Shown in pieces: positions 15,075-24,773 of a stretch of DNA of 42,059 nt (the first letter of the stretch is position 1; each line of letters begins with the position of its first letter). The position numbers were made by a program, and so were the translations under genes. The DNA lies in assembly GCA_964476825.1 (NCBI GenBank), contig CAYZCD010000002.1, positions 1 to 42,059 on the forward strand. The letters are read 5' to 3'. The notes below the pieces were generated by a model. The model saw only the letters and a list, made by a program, of their open reading frames with translations, was not told the origin of the DNA and searched no databases. The stretch is from an uncultured archaeon (GTDB lineage: Archaea; Aenigmatarchaeota; Aenigmatarchaeia; JACPZZ01).

Positions 15075-17927
15075 CTAAGGCTTAACCATGTCGAACCCGA
15101 CAAATATTTTTACGCCTTCGAATTCCAATGTCTCCGGGTTGCCGTACTCCGCATATTCTATCCCCGATGCACCCACGGATTTTTTTACGCTGTTTTCCCA
15201 TTTCCTCAAAGACCTTTCGGTTTTTGCATCGGACCGGATAAACAATGAAATGCTTTCGCCCACGTCCAATTTTTTGTCTTTTCTCATTGTCTGGATTTTG
15301 CGTATCAATTCCATTACCATGCTTTCCTCCAAAAGTTCGGCGTCCATATGCACGTCGAGATATATTTTTGTGTCTTGAACGGATTTTGATTCCATGTTTT
15401 CCTGCGGGTGAGGAGAAAATAACAATTCTTTAACGTTTCCTGAGTTCTTTATCACATCCACCGCGCCTTCGGATATGCCGCTCTTTTTCACCGAACCGCT
15501 TTCTTGTATAACTACCCTTCTAAGAGGCCAGCGCAACCTGACGCTGTTCTCCTGCCTCAGCGCGTTTATCGCTTCAACTACTGAACGGGCGAACTCCATT
15601 TCATCCTCTACACTGGAACTCGTATCCACACCTGATTCCGGCCAATCTTCCAGGTGTACGGATTCTTTTTTGCCTGAGGTGGACTGGTAAATTGTTTCCG
15701 AAATGAACGGGCATACCGGAGCTAATATCAGCACGAGCTTGTCAAACACGTAATACATTGTGTAGAACGCGGCGTTTTTATCCCCGCCTTCGTAAGAGGG
15801 CCATGTACGATCCCGGATTAAACGGATATACCAACGGCTCAAATCTTTCAATACAAAATCGCGCATTAGGCGCACGGACTCCGATGCATTATACGACTCG
15901 TTGCTTTTTTTGCATGCTGTGACCACGCTATTTATCCTGGATATTATCCATTCGTCCTCGAAATTTAATTTATCCGGCCTAGGGACTTTCTTGCAATACG
16001 ACTCCATGAACGAAAAACTGTTCCACAGCGTGTTTAGTATATTCATCGATTCTTTGATCGAATCCATGTTAAACGCGAAATCTTCGCCTGCAGGGAGGCC
16101 TAACAGATACAACCGCAGCGCGTCCCGGCCGTATTTTTCTATGACCTCTTCGGGCGTTATTACATTTCCTTTCGACTTGGACATTTTTGCGCCCTTCAAA
16201 TCCAATACCTTGCCGTGCAACAACACGTTTTTGAAAGGGGTTTTTCCGAACGTAATCATGCTTGTTATTATCTGGGAATTCCACCAGCCGCGGAACTGGT
16301 CGGGCCCTTCGATGTTGAGGTCGGCAGGCCAATTTTCGTTGAATTTCTTTTCCTCCGAAGGAAAACCTATAGAAGCCCATGACGCAACGCCGGAGTCAAA
16401 CCAGACGTCAAGGACGTCGGGTATGCGCTTCATTTTGTCCCCGCATTTGCAGCTGAAAAATACGCTATCTATGTACGGGCGGTGCAAATCCCCGATATTA
16501 ACGCCAAGCTCTTTTGAAGAACCGACGACGCGCACGCTGCCGCATTTTTCGCACTCCCATATTGGAAGCGGGATTCCCCAATACCTCTGGCGGGATATCG
16601 GCCAATCGGACAATGTGTTTAACCAGCTGCCGAAATTATTTGAAGCGAATTGCGGGAACCAGTTGACTTTTTTATTTTCCTCGATTAGCTTTTCACGTAT
16701 AGCGCTCACGCGGAAAAACCATTGCGGTACTGCGATGAATAACAGGGAGGAATCGCAGCGCCAGCATTTCGGGTATTCATGCGTTGTCGGCTCGACCGCC
16801 AACAACGCATTCCTTTCACGGAGTTTTTCTATAATTTCCTTGTCAGCGTCCTTGGCAAATTTTCCTTCAAGCCAGCCCGCTTCCGCCTTGAATTTGCCGC
16901 CCATTGTAAGCGGGGATAAGACGGGTAGGTTGTGCTTAACTCCAACGAGAAAATCTTCCTTGCCGTGGCCGGGGGCCATGTGGACCAATCCCGTGCCTTC
17001 TTCCAATGTCACATGTTGATCGGACGGCACGACACGGCCGGTTATGTTTTTCTGCAAAGGCAAGTCCTTTAACGGGTTTTCATATTCCATGCCGACCAAT
17101 TGGTCGCCTTTGATGGTTCCGATAATTTCAAAATATTCTGTTTTTCCAACAAGAACTTTTTCGGCGAGCTCTTTTGCGAGGATTAATACGTCCTTGCCGG
17201 ATTTCGCGCGTACGTAGTCGTAATTCGGATTTACCATGATTCCTGTGTTTGAAGGCAATGTCCACGGGGTCGTCGTCCAGATTAACAGGCTGTCGTTGCT
17301 GTTTTTCACCTTGAATTTTACATAAACCGAGTTATCGCGTACTTCTTTGTGTTCTATTTCGTTAAACGCCACAGCGGTTTCGCAGTGCGGGCATACGTGG
17401 ACCGGGTAGGAGCCTTTGTACAGCAGCCCGTTCTCAAAACCTTTTTTGAAAGTGAACCAGGCGCCTTCGATGTAGCTTTTGTCCAGTGTGAGGTACGGGT
17501 TGTCCCAGTCCATCCACACGCCCAAATTTTTGAATTGCTCGTTCATTATCCCTATGAACCTGGTCGCGAATTTTTTGCATTCCCCGTTGAATTTCTCTAT
17601 CCCGAATTTTTCTATGTCCGACTTCGTCCTAAAGTTAAGCTCTTTTTCTATTTTGTTTTCTATCGGCAGGCCGTGCGTGTCATATCCCGGCTGCATCGAC
17701 ACATTATACCCGGACATGCTGAAAAACCGTATGAAAAAATCCTTCAGCGTTTTGTTCATGGCCGTCCCGAGATGTATCGAGCCTGTCGCGTATGGCGGCC
17801 CGTCCAGGAAATAATATTTTTTTGCGCCCTTCCTGTTTGAGGCGTACTTGCTGAAAATATCGGATTTCTTCCACGAACCCATTATCTGCTTTTCCAATTC
17901 CAGCGGATTGTAGGACCCTCTTTTCAT
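15075..17927 (-). CDS. ileS: isoleucyl-tRNA synthetase
   Basis: PPYATGSIHLGT (HIGH region), KMSKSKGN, WTTTPWTLPSN and ISRQRYWGIPLPIW are diagnostic for IleRS among the class Ia enzymes. Confidence 0.9.
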   Translation of the reverse strand: MKRGSYNPLELEKQIMGSWKKSDIFSKYASNRKGAKKYYFLDGPPYATGSIHLGTAMNKTLKDFFIRFFSMSGYNVSMQPGYDTHGLPIENKIEKELNFRTKSDIEKFGIEKFNGECKKFATRFIGIMNEQFKNLGVWMDWDNPYLTLDKSYIEGAWFTFKKGFENGLLYKGSYPVHVCPHCETAVAFNEIEHKEVRDNSVYVKFKVKNSNDSLLIWTTTPWTLPSNTGIMVNPNYDYVRAKSGKDVLILAKELAEKVLVGKTEYFEIIGTIKGDQLVGMEYENPLKDLPLQKNITGRVVPSDQHVTLEEGTGLVHMAPGHGKEDFLVGVKHNLPVLSPLTMGGKFKAEAGWLEGKFAKDADKEIIEKLRERNALLAVEPTTHEYPKCWRCDSSLLFIAVPQWFFRVSAIREKLIEENKKVNWFPQFASNNFGSWLNTLSDWPISRQRYWGIPLPIWECEKCGSVRVVGSSKELGVNIGDLHRPYIDSVFFSCKCGDKMKRIPDVLDVWFDSGVASWASIGFPSEEKKFNENWPADLNIEGPDQFRGWWNSQIITSMITFGKTPFKNVLLHGKVLDLKGAKMSKSKGNVITPEEVIEKYGRDALRLYLLGLPAGEDFAFNMDSIKESMNILNTLWNSFSFMESYCKKVPRPDKLNFEDEWIISRINSVVTACKKSNESYNASESVRLMRDFVLKDLSRWYIRLIRDRTWPSYEGGDKNAAFYTMYYVFDKLVLILAPVCPFISETIYQSTSGKKESVHLEDWPESGVDTSSSVEDEMEFARSVVEAINALRQENSVRLRWPLRRVVIQESGSVKKSGISEGAVDVIKNSGNVKELLFSPHPQENMESKSVQDTKIYLDVHMDAELLEESMVMELIRKIQTMRKDKKLDVGESISLFIRSDAKTERSLRKWENSVKKSVGASGIEYAEYGNPETLEFEGVKIFVGFDMVKP

Positions 17928-17960
17928 GCGCGACCACCCAATGAATAAAATAAATGGGCT

Positions 17961-17986
17961 GAATTTAGATTAATCTTTGATGATTC
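17961..17986. repeat. degenerate hairpin family copy (non-tRNA context)
   Basis: CT-GAAT..AGAT / ATCT..ATTC-GACT: outer and inner 4-bp helices separated by an internal loop. Located in the ileS / PIN-ATPase divergent spacer. Confidence 0.35.
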
Positions 17987-18010
17987 GACTAAAAACAGGA
18001 TTCATCGGCT

Positions 18011-18037
18011 GAAGCGTACCGGAAAGCGGTTTGGCTT
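18011..18037. repeat. degenerate hairpin family copy (non-tRNA context)
   Basis: CT-GAAGCGTACCG, loop GAAAG, CGGTTTGGCTT-GTAAA. About 9 pairs with a mismatch and a bulge. Same 5' arm type as H1 and the same GTAAA trailer as H1. Confidence 0.5.
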
Positions 18038-18079
18038 GTAAAATATAAATATAGCGGAAAACATGACTTCTCTGATAGC

Positions 18080-19879
18080 ATGAAAAAATGGGTTCCGGAC
18101 ACCTCTGTCCTGATTAACGGCAAACTTGCAAACCTCGTAGAAACAAACCAGGTGGAGGGCGAGGTAATTATTCCCGTGACTGTCATAGATGAATTGCAAG
18201 CCCAGGCCTCGCGAGGAAGGGACATAGGTTTTCAAGGTTTAGAGCAATTAAAGGCTGTCCGCTTGATGGCAGAAAGCGGAAAAAAGATAAAGCTAGCTTA
18301 CACCGGACGCAGGCCGACCATGGAAGAAATAATGATGGCCAAGAAAGGGCGTTTAGATGCGTTAATACGCGACGTCGCCAAAGAAAACGCCGCGACTCTG
18401 ATAACTGCGGATTATGTGCAAGCTCTCGTGGCCGAGGCGGAGGGTGTTTCGGTCATGTACATACAGAATGTGCGGTCGACGAGCCCCATTAAACTGGAAG
18501 ATTTTTTCGATGAAAACACCTCTTCTGTGCACCTGAAAGTCGATGTGCTTCCCGTAGCCAAAAAAGGAAAGCCGGGGGAAGTCAAACTGGTAAAAATACG
18601 CGACACACCCATGAAGGAGGAGGAGATAGAATCGATAATCAAAGAAATACTGGACCGCGTAAGGCACGAAAAAAACGCTTTCATCGAAATGGGTTCTGCG
18701 GGCGCGATGGTAATACAATTCGGCAAGTACAGGATCGCAATAGCACGCAGGCCGTTCAGCGACGGGTTAGAGCTGACAGCCGTGAGGCCAATAACCAAGC
18801 TCGTGCTTTCGGACTATAAACTTTCCGAAAAACTAATGACACGCCTAAAAGAGCGCGCGGAAGGCGTAATCATATGCGGGCCCCCCGGTTCCGGAAAATC
18901 CACTTTCGCGGCATCGGTGGCAGAATATTACCTGTCGCTTGACAAGATTGTAAAAACCATTGAGAACCCGAGGGATCTGCAAGTTCCTCCGGAAATAACC
19001 CAATACGGCGCGCTTGACGGGAACATGGAAAAAACCGCTGACATATTGTTGCTGGTGAGACCGGATTATACGATTTACGACGAGGTGCGCAAGACGAAAG
19101 ACTTTGAACTGTTCGCGGACATGCGAATGGCGGGAGTCGGAATGGTCGGCGTTGTTCATGCATCTAATGCGATCGATTCCGTGCAAAGGTTCATAGGCAG
19201 GATAGAAATGGGCATGATAACCAGTGTTCTTGACACGATAATATTCCTGAAGGGCGGGGAGATAAAAAAAGTTTATGAACTGGAACTTCTCGTGCGCGTC
19301 CCGACGGGCATGATGGAAGCGGACTTGGCGCGCCCGCTGATCGAGGTCCGTGATTTTGAAACCGGCAAGTGCGAGTATGAAATATACACATACGGAGAGG
19401 AAAATGTGGTTGTCCCTGTGAATGAAACCAGCAAAGAACAGCCCGTCAGAAAACTGGCCAAGGAAAGGATACTGCAGGAGATAAGGAAATTCGACCCGCA
19501 GGCCGACGCTGAGATAGTGAGCGATAACAAGGCAATAGTCCGCGTGGATAATGAAATGGTTCCGCACATCATAGGGAAAGAGGGAAAAACTGTGATGGAG
19601 CTCGAGAAGAAGCTTGGCATATCCATCGACATCGAGCCTTTAGCGAAGAATATGGGAAAACTTGTTTCCCATTCCATATCCGAATCGGGCGCATACCTTA
19701 ACATAGGATTTGACACCAGATTATCGGGCAAGGCTGTCTCCGTTTACGTGGATGACGAATTCTTATTATCCGCAACGGTAGGCTCGAAAGACGTAATAAA
19801 AGTTTCCAAAGAATCCGACATCGGCTCCGCTCTGATTCGCGCGCTCGTAAACAGGAAAAAAATAAAATGTTACATGTAA
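18080..19879 (+). CDS. PIN-domain / PilT-like ATPase / KH-domain protein
   Basis: N-terminal PIN-like acidic residues, Walker A GPPGSGKST, and a C-terminal KH-like IIGKEGKTVMELEKKLG. Confidence 0.8.
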   Translation: MKKWVPDTSVLINGKLANLVETNQVEGEVIIPVTVIDELQAQASRGRDIGFQGLEQLKAVRLMAESGKKIKLAYTGRRPTMEEIMMAKKGRLDALIRDVAKENAATLITADYVQALVAEAEGVSVMYIQNVRSTSPIKLEDFFDENTSSVHLKVDVLPVAKKGKPGEVKLVKIRDTPMKEEEIESIIKEILDRVRHEKNAFIEMGSAGAMVIQFGKYRIAIARRPFSDGLELTAVRPITKLVLSDYKLSEKLMTRLKERAEGVIICGPPGSGKSTFAASVAEYYLSLDKIVKTIENPRDLQVPPEITQYGALDGNMEKTADILLLVRPDYTIYDEVRKTKDFELFADMRMAGVGMVGVVHASNAIDSVQRFIGRIEMGMITSVLDTIIFLKGGEIKKVYELELLVRVPTGMMEADLARPLIEVRDFETGKCEYEIYTYGEENVVVPVNETSKEQPVRKLAKERILQEIRKFDPQADAEIVSDNKAIVRVDNEMVPHIIGKEGKTVMELEKKLGISIDIEPLAKNMGKLVSHSISESGAYLNIGFDTRLSGKAVSVYVDDEFLLSATVGSKDVIKVSKESDIGSALIRALVNRKKIKCYM

Positions 19880-19936
19880 TTTTTATTCTGCCTTTCTAAA
19901 TTGTCGTTTTATTAGGGTTTCCGACGAAATAATATC

Positions 19937-20461
19937 ATGATAGAAGGCCTGAAGAAAAAACAATTTGTCCCGGTTTCAAGGATAATAATCATTGCGGCGA
20001 TAGTGGCCATGGTCATACTGGTCGGCAACGGTGTGACAGGATTTACAACTTCCCTGATAAAACTCCAGGAGGCTGCGGCAAACTCGACCCGTACGGCGGC
20101 CATGCTGCAAGACTTGCAAAAGCAAGCTGGAGAGTGCACGAACACGCTTAACTCGACGTCCCAGTTGTTTAATTCCTGCCGGATAGAACTGGAAAACAAA
20201 AAAACCGAAAACTCCAAGCTTTCAATCGAGACCTCCACGCAGGAAAAAAACATAACAATTTACGTGAATACGATAACAACCCTGCAGCGCGAGTTACAAA
20301 GACTAACGAGCCTGTCGGACAGCATGGCAGTCAGCATCTGCTGTCTCAGGCGCTATGTGCTGGAAGACAATTCACTGAGATACTATTACATCCAGGACAA
20401 CAAAACTTTCTGCGTAAGCCAACCTGAAGGATTGTTAAGCACGAAAGAGTTCTACTGCTGA
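19937..20461 (+). CDS. membrane-anchored coiled-coil protein
   Basis: N-terminal TM helix IIIIAAIVAMVILV, then a coiled-coil segment and a Cys-containing C-terminus. No recognised domain. Confidence 0.5.
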   Translation: MIEGLKKKQFVPVSRIIIIAAIVAMVILVGNGVTGFTTSLIKLQEAAANSTRTAAMLQDLQKQAGECTNTLNSTSQLFNSCRIELENKKTENSKLSIETSTQEKNITIYVNTITTLQRELQRLTSLSDSMAVSICCLRRYVLEDNSLRYYYIQDNKTFCVSQPEGLLSTKEFYC

Positions 20462-20498
20462 GGAAAAAATTAGTATTTAACCTCACGCTCTATAGCTA

Positions 20499-20529
20499 GA
20501 AACATATGCATACCAATAGCACATATTTC
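20499..20529. repeat. tRNA-associated hairpin family, copy H5
   Basis: CTA-GAAACATATGC / GCACATATTTC-AGT has 9 of 11 positions paired. Loop is ATACCAATA. Confidence 0.6.
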
Positions 20530-20541
20530 AGTCAGTAGCTG

Positions 20542-20572
20542 AAAACAGTCACATACAAGATGTGACTGTTTT
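20542..20572. repeat. tRNA-associated hairpin family, copy H6
   Basis: CTG-AAAACAGTCACAT / ATGTGACTGTTTT-AGTT is 13 bp perfect with loop ACAAG. Lies 7 nt before tRNA-Arg. Confidence 0.8.
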
Positions 20573-20583
20573 AGTTTACCTGT

Positions 20584-20696
20584 GGGTCCGTAGCTCAGCC
20601 TGGACAGAGCAGCAGCCTCCTATCCGTGAGAAAACCTATACGGTTGTATTGCGGCGAGATAGTTGAAGGTCGCGGGTTCAAATCCCGTCGGATCCG
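20584..20696 (+). tRNA. tRNA-Arg (anticodon CCT) with canonical 38-nt intron
   Basis: Acceptor GGGTCCG/CGGATCC, which includes a G3.T70 pair, and D stem GCTC/GAGC. BHB: GCAGC|CTCC|TAT|CCGT paired with GCGG|CGAG|ATA|GTTGA. Intron is 20623-20660. T arm GCGGG-TTCAAAT-CCCGT, discriminator G. Confidence 0.7.
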
Positions 20697-20748
20697 TTAA
20701 TTGATTGATATATACGCTGCTGGTATGCTCATATGCCGGCCGGTAACT

Positions 20749-20777
20749 GAAACGTGTGCATAGCAGTTAGGCGCATG
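20749..20777. repeat. degenerate hairpin family copy downstream of tRNA-Arg
   Basis: AACT-GAAACGTGTGC, loop ATAGCAGTTAG, GCGCATG. Seven pairs including two G.T. The mirror-image AACT flank faces the tRNA. Confidence 0.4.
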
Positions 20778-20787
20778 CCAAAAGCGC

Positions 20788-23700
20788 ATGATTTTAACTT
20801 TGGCGGGCTACACCATATTATATATCGTAAAAATGGCAAATCTTACTTTAATGAAACACGCCAAAAACGCACTCCGGTGCCTGACGATAATTTTAACCAT
20901 GGCCGGCATGGGCCTGTATGCCAGCGGTTATGTATGGAGTTCTTCGATCCTGGAATTTAACATCACTTCCGAAGCGTACTACGCCAATTGGACCCAGCCG
21001 GACTGGGTTGACCCGTACGCTTTTAACATCAGTTTAGGGTACCTTTACACGAGCATGCCGGGTGTGGCCTGGACCTTATTAAATGTGACAAACAACAGTT
21101 TAATTCGCACTTCGGCCTCGGACTTTGCCGATATGATACTGATCAACAATACCCTATTATCCAACCAGGTAAATGTCAGCAACAATTCCTACGCAAACTT
21201 CACAATACGCTTCAACGCATCGCTGCTGAAACCCGGGCGCTATACAGGAAATTTGACATTGGCCAACGCGACCAACGCGAACGCGGGAATAAACAATGTT
21301 ACAATAAGGCTGGATGTGCCGCTCACCACGAACCAGACTTTTGCGCGCTCGAACAGTTTCTTCGGGAATTTAAGCGTTCTAAACAGCTTTGATGTGTTCT
21401 TTTTCAATTCCACTTCTACAAGCGGATTTTACGCCAACGTCAACAGCAGCTTAGTAGACCTTTTACTTTTTGACTCGGGCAACAATTTGGTGGGGTTGAA
21501 CAACACAAACTCGACATCGGGAAATAAAACTTTGCTATACGCATTCCCCGCGTACAACGATTTTTACCAGTTGAAAATCTTTTACAACTCATCGAACGCG
21601 TCTAAATACATACCTTACAACGGGATAATCGAATTTTCATACATCAACGCCAGCCAAAGCTTCCTCAATTTCCTGGTCAACGCGACGCCCGACGCGACGG
21701 CTGCGACAAGGGTGACGTTCAACTTAAACAATACCGGCCAGGTCAATTATTCCGCATTAACCGAGACTGAAAAGATATACAAACTCGACATATTTGTTAA
21801 CCTGCAAAATTCGACAAACATAACTATACCGGTCGCGGGCCATTACGTTTCCATTGACACAACGATAGAATGGAACAACGCGTCCGCAGACTTCAACCTG
21901 ACTGTATACAACTCGTCCGCAATTTCCGTTTCGAACCAAAGCAAAAGGACTGACATGTTCAACGTCGCGGGGCTCGGTTTTAACAGGATATTTTCACGTT
22001 CCACGGCGGACGTGAACGAATTTAACAAAAGCTGGACCGTGTCTGTAACCGGGGATAAATTGGTTTACTACAACCTCACTGTAAAAATAAACATCGGCGA
22101 CAGCTGGTTAAACAGCTCTTTCGGCAATTACACAAGGACTTATGTGTTAAATGCAACCCAAAACGGCACGTCAATAAATTTCAACGTCACGGTTCCCGCA
22201 CTGTCCACGGACGGAATCTACAACGGCACAATAACTTTCTTTGAGGGCGGGGGACATTACATGGCCGTGCCTTTCGGAATAAACGTGACCGAACCCATGC
22301 TGGTTGTGAATAACACTTTATCCGGACTGTTGCTGTACATAATCGATAACGTCGGGACGAACAAAACCCTTGATTACACGCTAACGATAAACAATACCGG
22401 AGCGTTTTCGCTTACGCTAAACGACTACAATTCGACTTCGCTGAACAGTTCGGGAGGGAATTTCATTTACTTCAACTATTCGTTTGATAACCCCGTGTCT
22501 GCCAGGGGTTCAACGCTGCTTAAAATCAGGATCAACGAAACCACGCTGACAGCCTCAACAGGAGAATCGGTTTATCTGGGCTGGATAAAATTAAATTCTA
22601 CCAGCGCGCACCCGTACAAGGATTTCCTCGTAAACATAACGTTAAACCTTACCGACAAATTAAATGTTTTGGTCAGCAATGTTGCCAACCAGACTGACAA
22701 AAGCGTGTGGATAAACCCGATAAACAAGACTGAAAACTATTCAACAATTCCCAGCAGCAATCCTGTATTTATCAACGTCACCGTCAATGTGACTTACCAA
22801 AACGGGACTTTTGTTAACATATTGAACGCTACGAACTTTACCGTGTGGCTGCAAAACGAATTTCCATATGAAGGGTCAAATTACACAATCAATTTCACCG
22901 GCGCAAATGTGGCCAATGTTATACGCGCAAATCCGACGCTAAACAATTATGTGCTTAACGTTTCGATACCTTCTAACATTTCCGGCGGCAATTATTCCGT
23001 GTATGCGACAGCTTATGATTCTTCAACGGGACCGAGGAACGGCGGCACAGCGAAATTTAATTATCTTTACGTGAACAGCAGCGCCCTAGTCATCGACGTG
23101 TACAATGGGACTCACGACAACGACGATTTCACGAACATCGGTTCAAGGGACATATTCGTCAACGTGACCAACGTGGGCGGGGGCGCAATTTTCAACGCCT
23201 CACTGTCGCTGAGTTTGTCCGGGTCTTGTTCGGCGGTAACGAGCGGATACACCGCCGATTACGAACTGGGCAATATTTCCGGATTCAGCCGTTACACAAA
23301 CAGTTCGGCCACATGGAAAATAGAGATAGCTTCAAACTCAACGTGCACAGCAACTATCGTCGGCAGGGGCCCGTCGGGCGTTTGGGTGTTAAATGACACA
23401 CTGGTTTTCATTTACACAGGCACCGTAATATCTTCCGGCAACAACCCTTCGAATACAGGAGGGGGCGGGTCGGGAAATTCACTCTCATTAACAGTCGCGA
23501 CGGGCGATTCCATATATTTCAAAGGCGGTCCTGTCTCGTTTAATTTCAGCGTCTCTTCGGGCGGGTCGGCCGTGAACGGTGCGAATGTAAAATATAATAT
23601 TACAAATCCCGCGGGCGCCAAAGTTGCCGAAGGTTCTTGTTCGACCAGTTCGGGCAAATGCGACGGTTCGTACAATTCAGACCCGAATGCCATAGGGACG

Positions 23701-24633
23701 TTCACAATATCCGCAACCGCAACAATGAACGGCTACACTCCAGACAACAAGAAAAAAACATTCGAAGTCCAGGGCTACAACGCCACCATAACCACGTACA
23801 CAAAAACAATTTATATTCTCCAGGGGAGTTCAAATTCAACTGCTACAACTGTTAAAAATACAGGCGTGTTTAACGGCACAATGACGCTCTCAATAAAAGA
23901 TATTGACGCGTCCTGGTGGAAAGTAAATCCCGACAAGACAGCGTTAAGCGCAGGACAAACTGCCAGTTTCGACGTAAGTTTCAGCGCGCCCGACAACGCG
24001 GTGGTCAAAAATTATACGGCAAAATATTCCGTAACTGCAGACACGGAAATAAAAAGCGAATATTTTTACCTGGTTGTCACGCCGACAGAAAAAACCAAGT
24101 CCGAAATAACTGCGACGATCCTGAATTACACGGAATCGCTGAATGGCCTGATGACCCGGCTGAACGTAACGATGTTCCCGGCTTTCAACAGCACGGAACT
24201 TAAAATAGCTTCGGACAAGCTTAACCTTGCTTACTCTCTCCTTTCACAGGCCAACGAGTCTGCGTACAAAGGCGATTACGTGAAGGCCAACGAACTGGCG
24301 ATACAATCGAAAGGCCTTCTGGATTCCGCGGAAACTTTAATAAAAGCCGCAGAAACCGGACAAGGCGGCAAAAAATTTGAAAACGTGCTCGTTGTCGCCG
24401 GGGTTGTGGCAGGCGTAATATTCGCCGGGCTGCTGGGTTACATGCTGCTGCCTGAACCGGGATATTCCGCATCAAAAGGCTATACGATACCCGAACAGGC
24501 CGGATCTGCGGGCGCGGTGAAACAAAAATTCAAAAAAATAGAAAATATTATACAGGAAATTGTTGACAAGCTTAGGGAGCTTATCCAAAAAATTTCGGGA
24601 AAAAAGGGCGAAGAGTACAAGGTTGTTAGTTAG
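20788..24633 (+). CDS. large N-glycosylated surface (S-layer-like) protein with C-terminal TM anchor
   Basis: 1281 aa. Signal-like segment MKHAKNALRCLTIILTMAGMGLYASG, so the start may be 20833 or 20851. About 80 N-x-S/T sequons by hand count. C-terminal helix VLVVAGVVAGVIFAGLLGYMLL plus a charged tail. Confidence 0.7.
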   Translation: MILTLAGYTILYIVKMANLTLMKHAKNALRCLTIILTMAGMGLYASGYVWSSSILEFNITSEAYYANWTQPDWVDPYAFNISLGYLYTSMPGVAWTLLNVTNNSLIRTSASDFADMILINNTLLSNQVNVSNNSYANFTIRFNASLLKPGRYTGNLTLANATNANAGINNVTIRLDVPLTTNQTFARSNSFFGNLSVLNSFDVFFFNSTSTSGFYANVNSSLVDLLLFDSGNNLVGLNNTNSTSGNKTLLYAFPAYNDFYQLKIFYNSSNASKYIPYNGIIEFSYINASQSFLNFLVNATPDATAATRVTFNLNNTGQVNYSALTETEKIYKLDIFVNLQNSTNITIPVAGHYVSIDTTIEWNNASADFNLTVYNSSAISVSNQSKRTDMFNVAGLGFNRIFSRSTADVNEFNKSWTVSVTGDKLVYYNLTVKINIGDSWLNSSFGNYTRTYVLNATQNGTSINFNVTVPALSTDGIYNGTITFFEGGGHYMAVPFGINVTEPMLVVNNTLSGLLLYIIDNVGTNKTLDYTLTINNTGAFSLTLNDYNSTSLNSSGGNFIYFNYSFDNPVSARGSTLLKIRINETTLTASTGESVYLGWIKLNSTSAHPYKDFLVNITLNLTDKLNVLVSNVANQTDKSVWINPINKTENYSTIPSSNPVFINVTVNVTYQNGTFVNILNATNFTVWLQNEFPYEGSNYTINFTGANVANVIRANPTLNNYVLNVSIPSNISGGNYSVYATAYDSSTGPRNGGTAKFNYLYVNSSALVIDVYNGTHDNDDFTNIGSRDIFVNVTNVGGGAIFNASLSLSLSGSCSAVTSGYTADYELGNISGFSRYTNSSATWKIEIASNSTCTATIVGRGPSGVWVLNDTLVFIYTGTVISSGNNPSNTGGGGSGNSLSLTVATGDSIYFKGGPVSFNFSVSSGGSAVNGANVKYNITNPAGAKVAEGSCSTSSGKCDGSYNSDPNAIGTFTISATATMNGYTPDNKKKTFEVQGYNATITTYTKTIYILQGSSNSTATTVKNTGVFNGTMTLSIKDIDASWWKVNPDKTALSAGQTASFDVSFSAPDNAVVKNYTAKYSVTADTEIKSEYFYLVVTPTEKTKSEITATILNYTESLNGLMTRLNVTMFPAFNSTELKIASDKLNLAYSLLSQANESAYKGDYVKANELAIQSKGLLDSAETLIKAAETGQGGKKFENVLVVAGVVAGVIFAGLLGYMLLPEPGYSASKGYTIPEQAGSAGAVKQKFKKIENIIQEIVDKLRELIQKISGKKGEEYKVVS

Positions 24634-24643
24634 AAAATTCGGG

Positions 24644-24661
24644 TTAGGGGCCCCGCCCTAA
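24644..24661. terminator. stem-loop just after the S-layer gene stop
   Basis: TTAGGG-GCCCCG-CCCTAA forms a 6-bp stem, 10 nt after the stop codon. Confidence 0.3.
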
Positions 24662-24681
24662 AAATACCTCAAAATAGCCGC

Positions 24682-24712
24682 TTTTTGTGCAAGTGGCATT
24701 TCTGCACAAAAA
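24682..24712. terminator. 10-bp perfect hairpin between convergent genes
   Basis: TTTTTGTGCA / TGCACAAAAA with an 11-nt loop. T/A runs at both ends, so it could act on either strand. Confidence 0.4.
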
Positions 24713-24773
24713 TTCAAGTTGAATTATAGGTTCGAACTCAAGTAAACTTGGAAATTTTTCAAGTTAACTCTTT

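Noticed and set aside
15901-17019. 372-aa ORF on the plus strand inside the IleRS gene. Similar long antisense ORFs occur at 8656-9318, 18845-19567, 37461-38138 and 40198-41079.
   Set aside because: Each lies antisense to a CDS with clear family motifs or signal peptides. Their translations are low-complexity (Ser/Phe/Leu rich) with no motifs, so they are frame-shadow artefacts.
17959-18012. CTGA...TGATGA...CTGA arrangement in the ileS / PIN-ATPase spacer as a C/D sRNA.
   Set aside because: There is no acceptable C box upstream, and the 25-nt spacer between TGATGA and the final CTGA is too long for one guide and too short for a full C/D unit. The CTGA motifs belong to the hairpin-family flanks.
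20754-20960. 68-aa ORF overlapping the start of the S-layer-like gene.
   Set aside because: It is in a different frame from the 1281-aa ORF, which has a signal peptide and consistent composition. No independent support.
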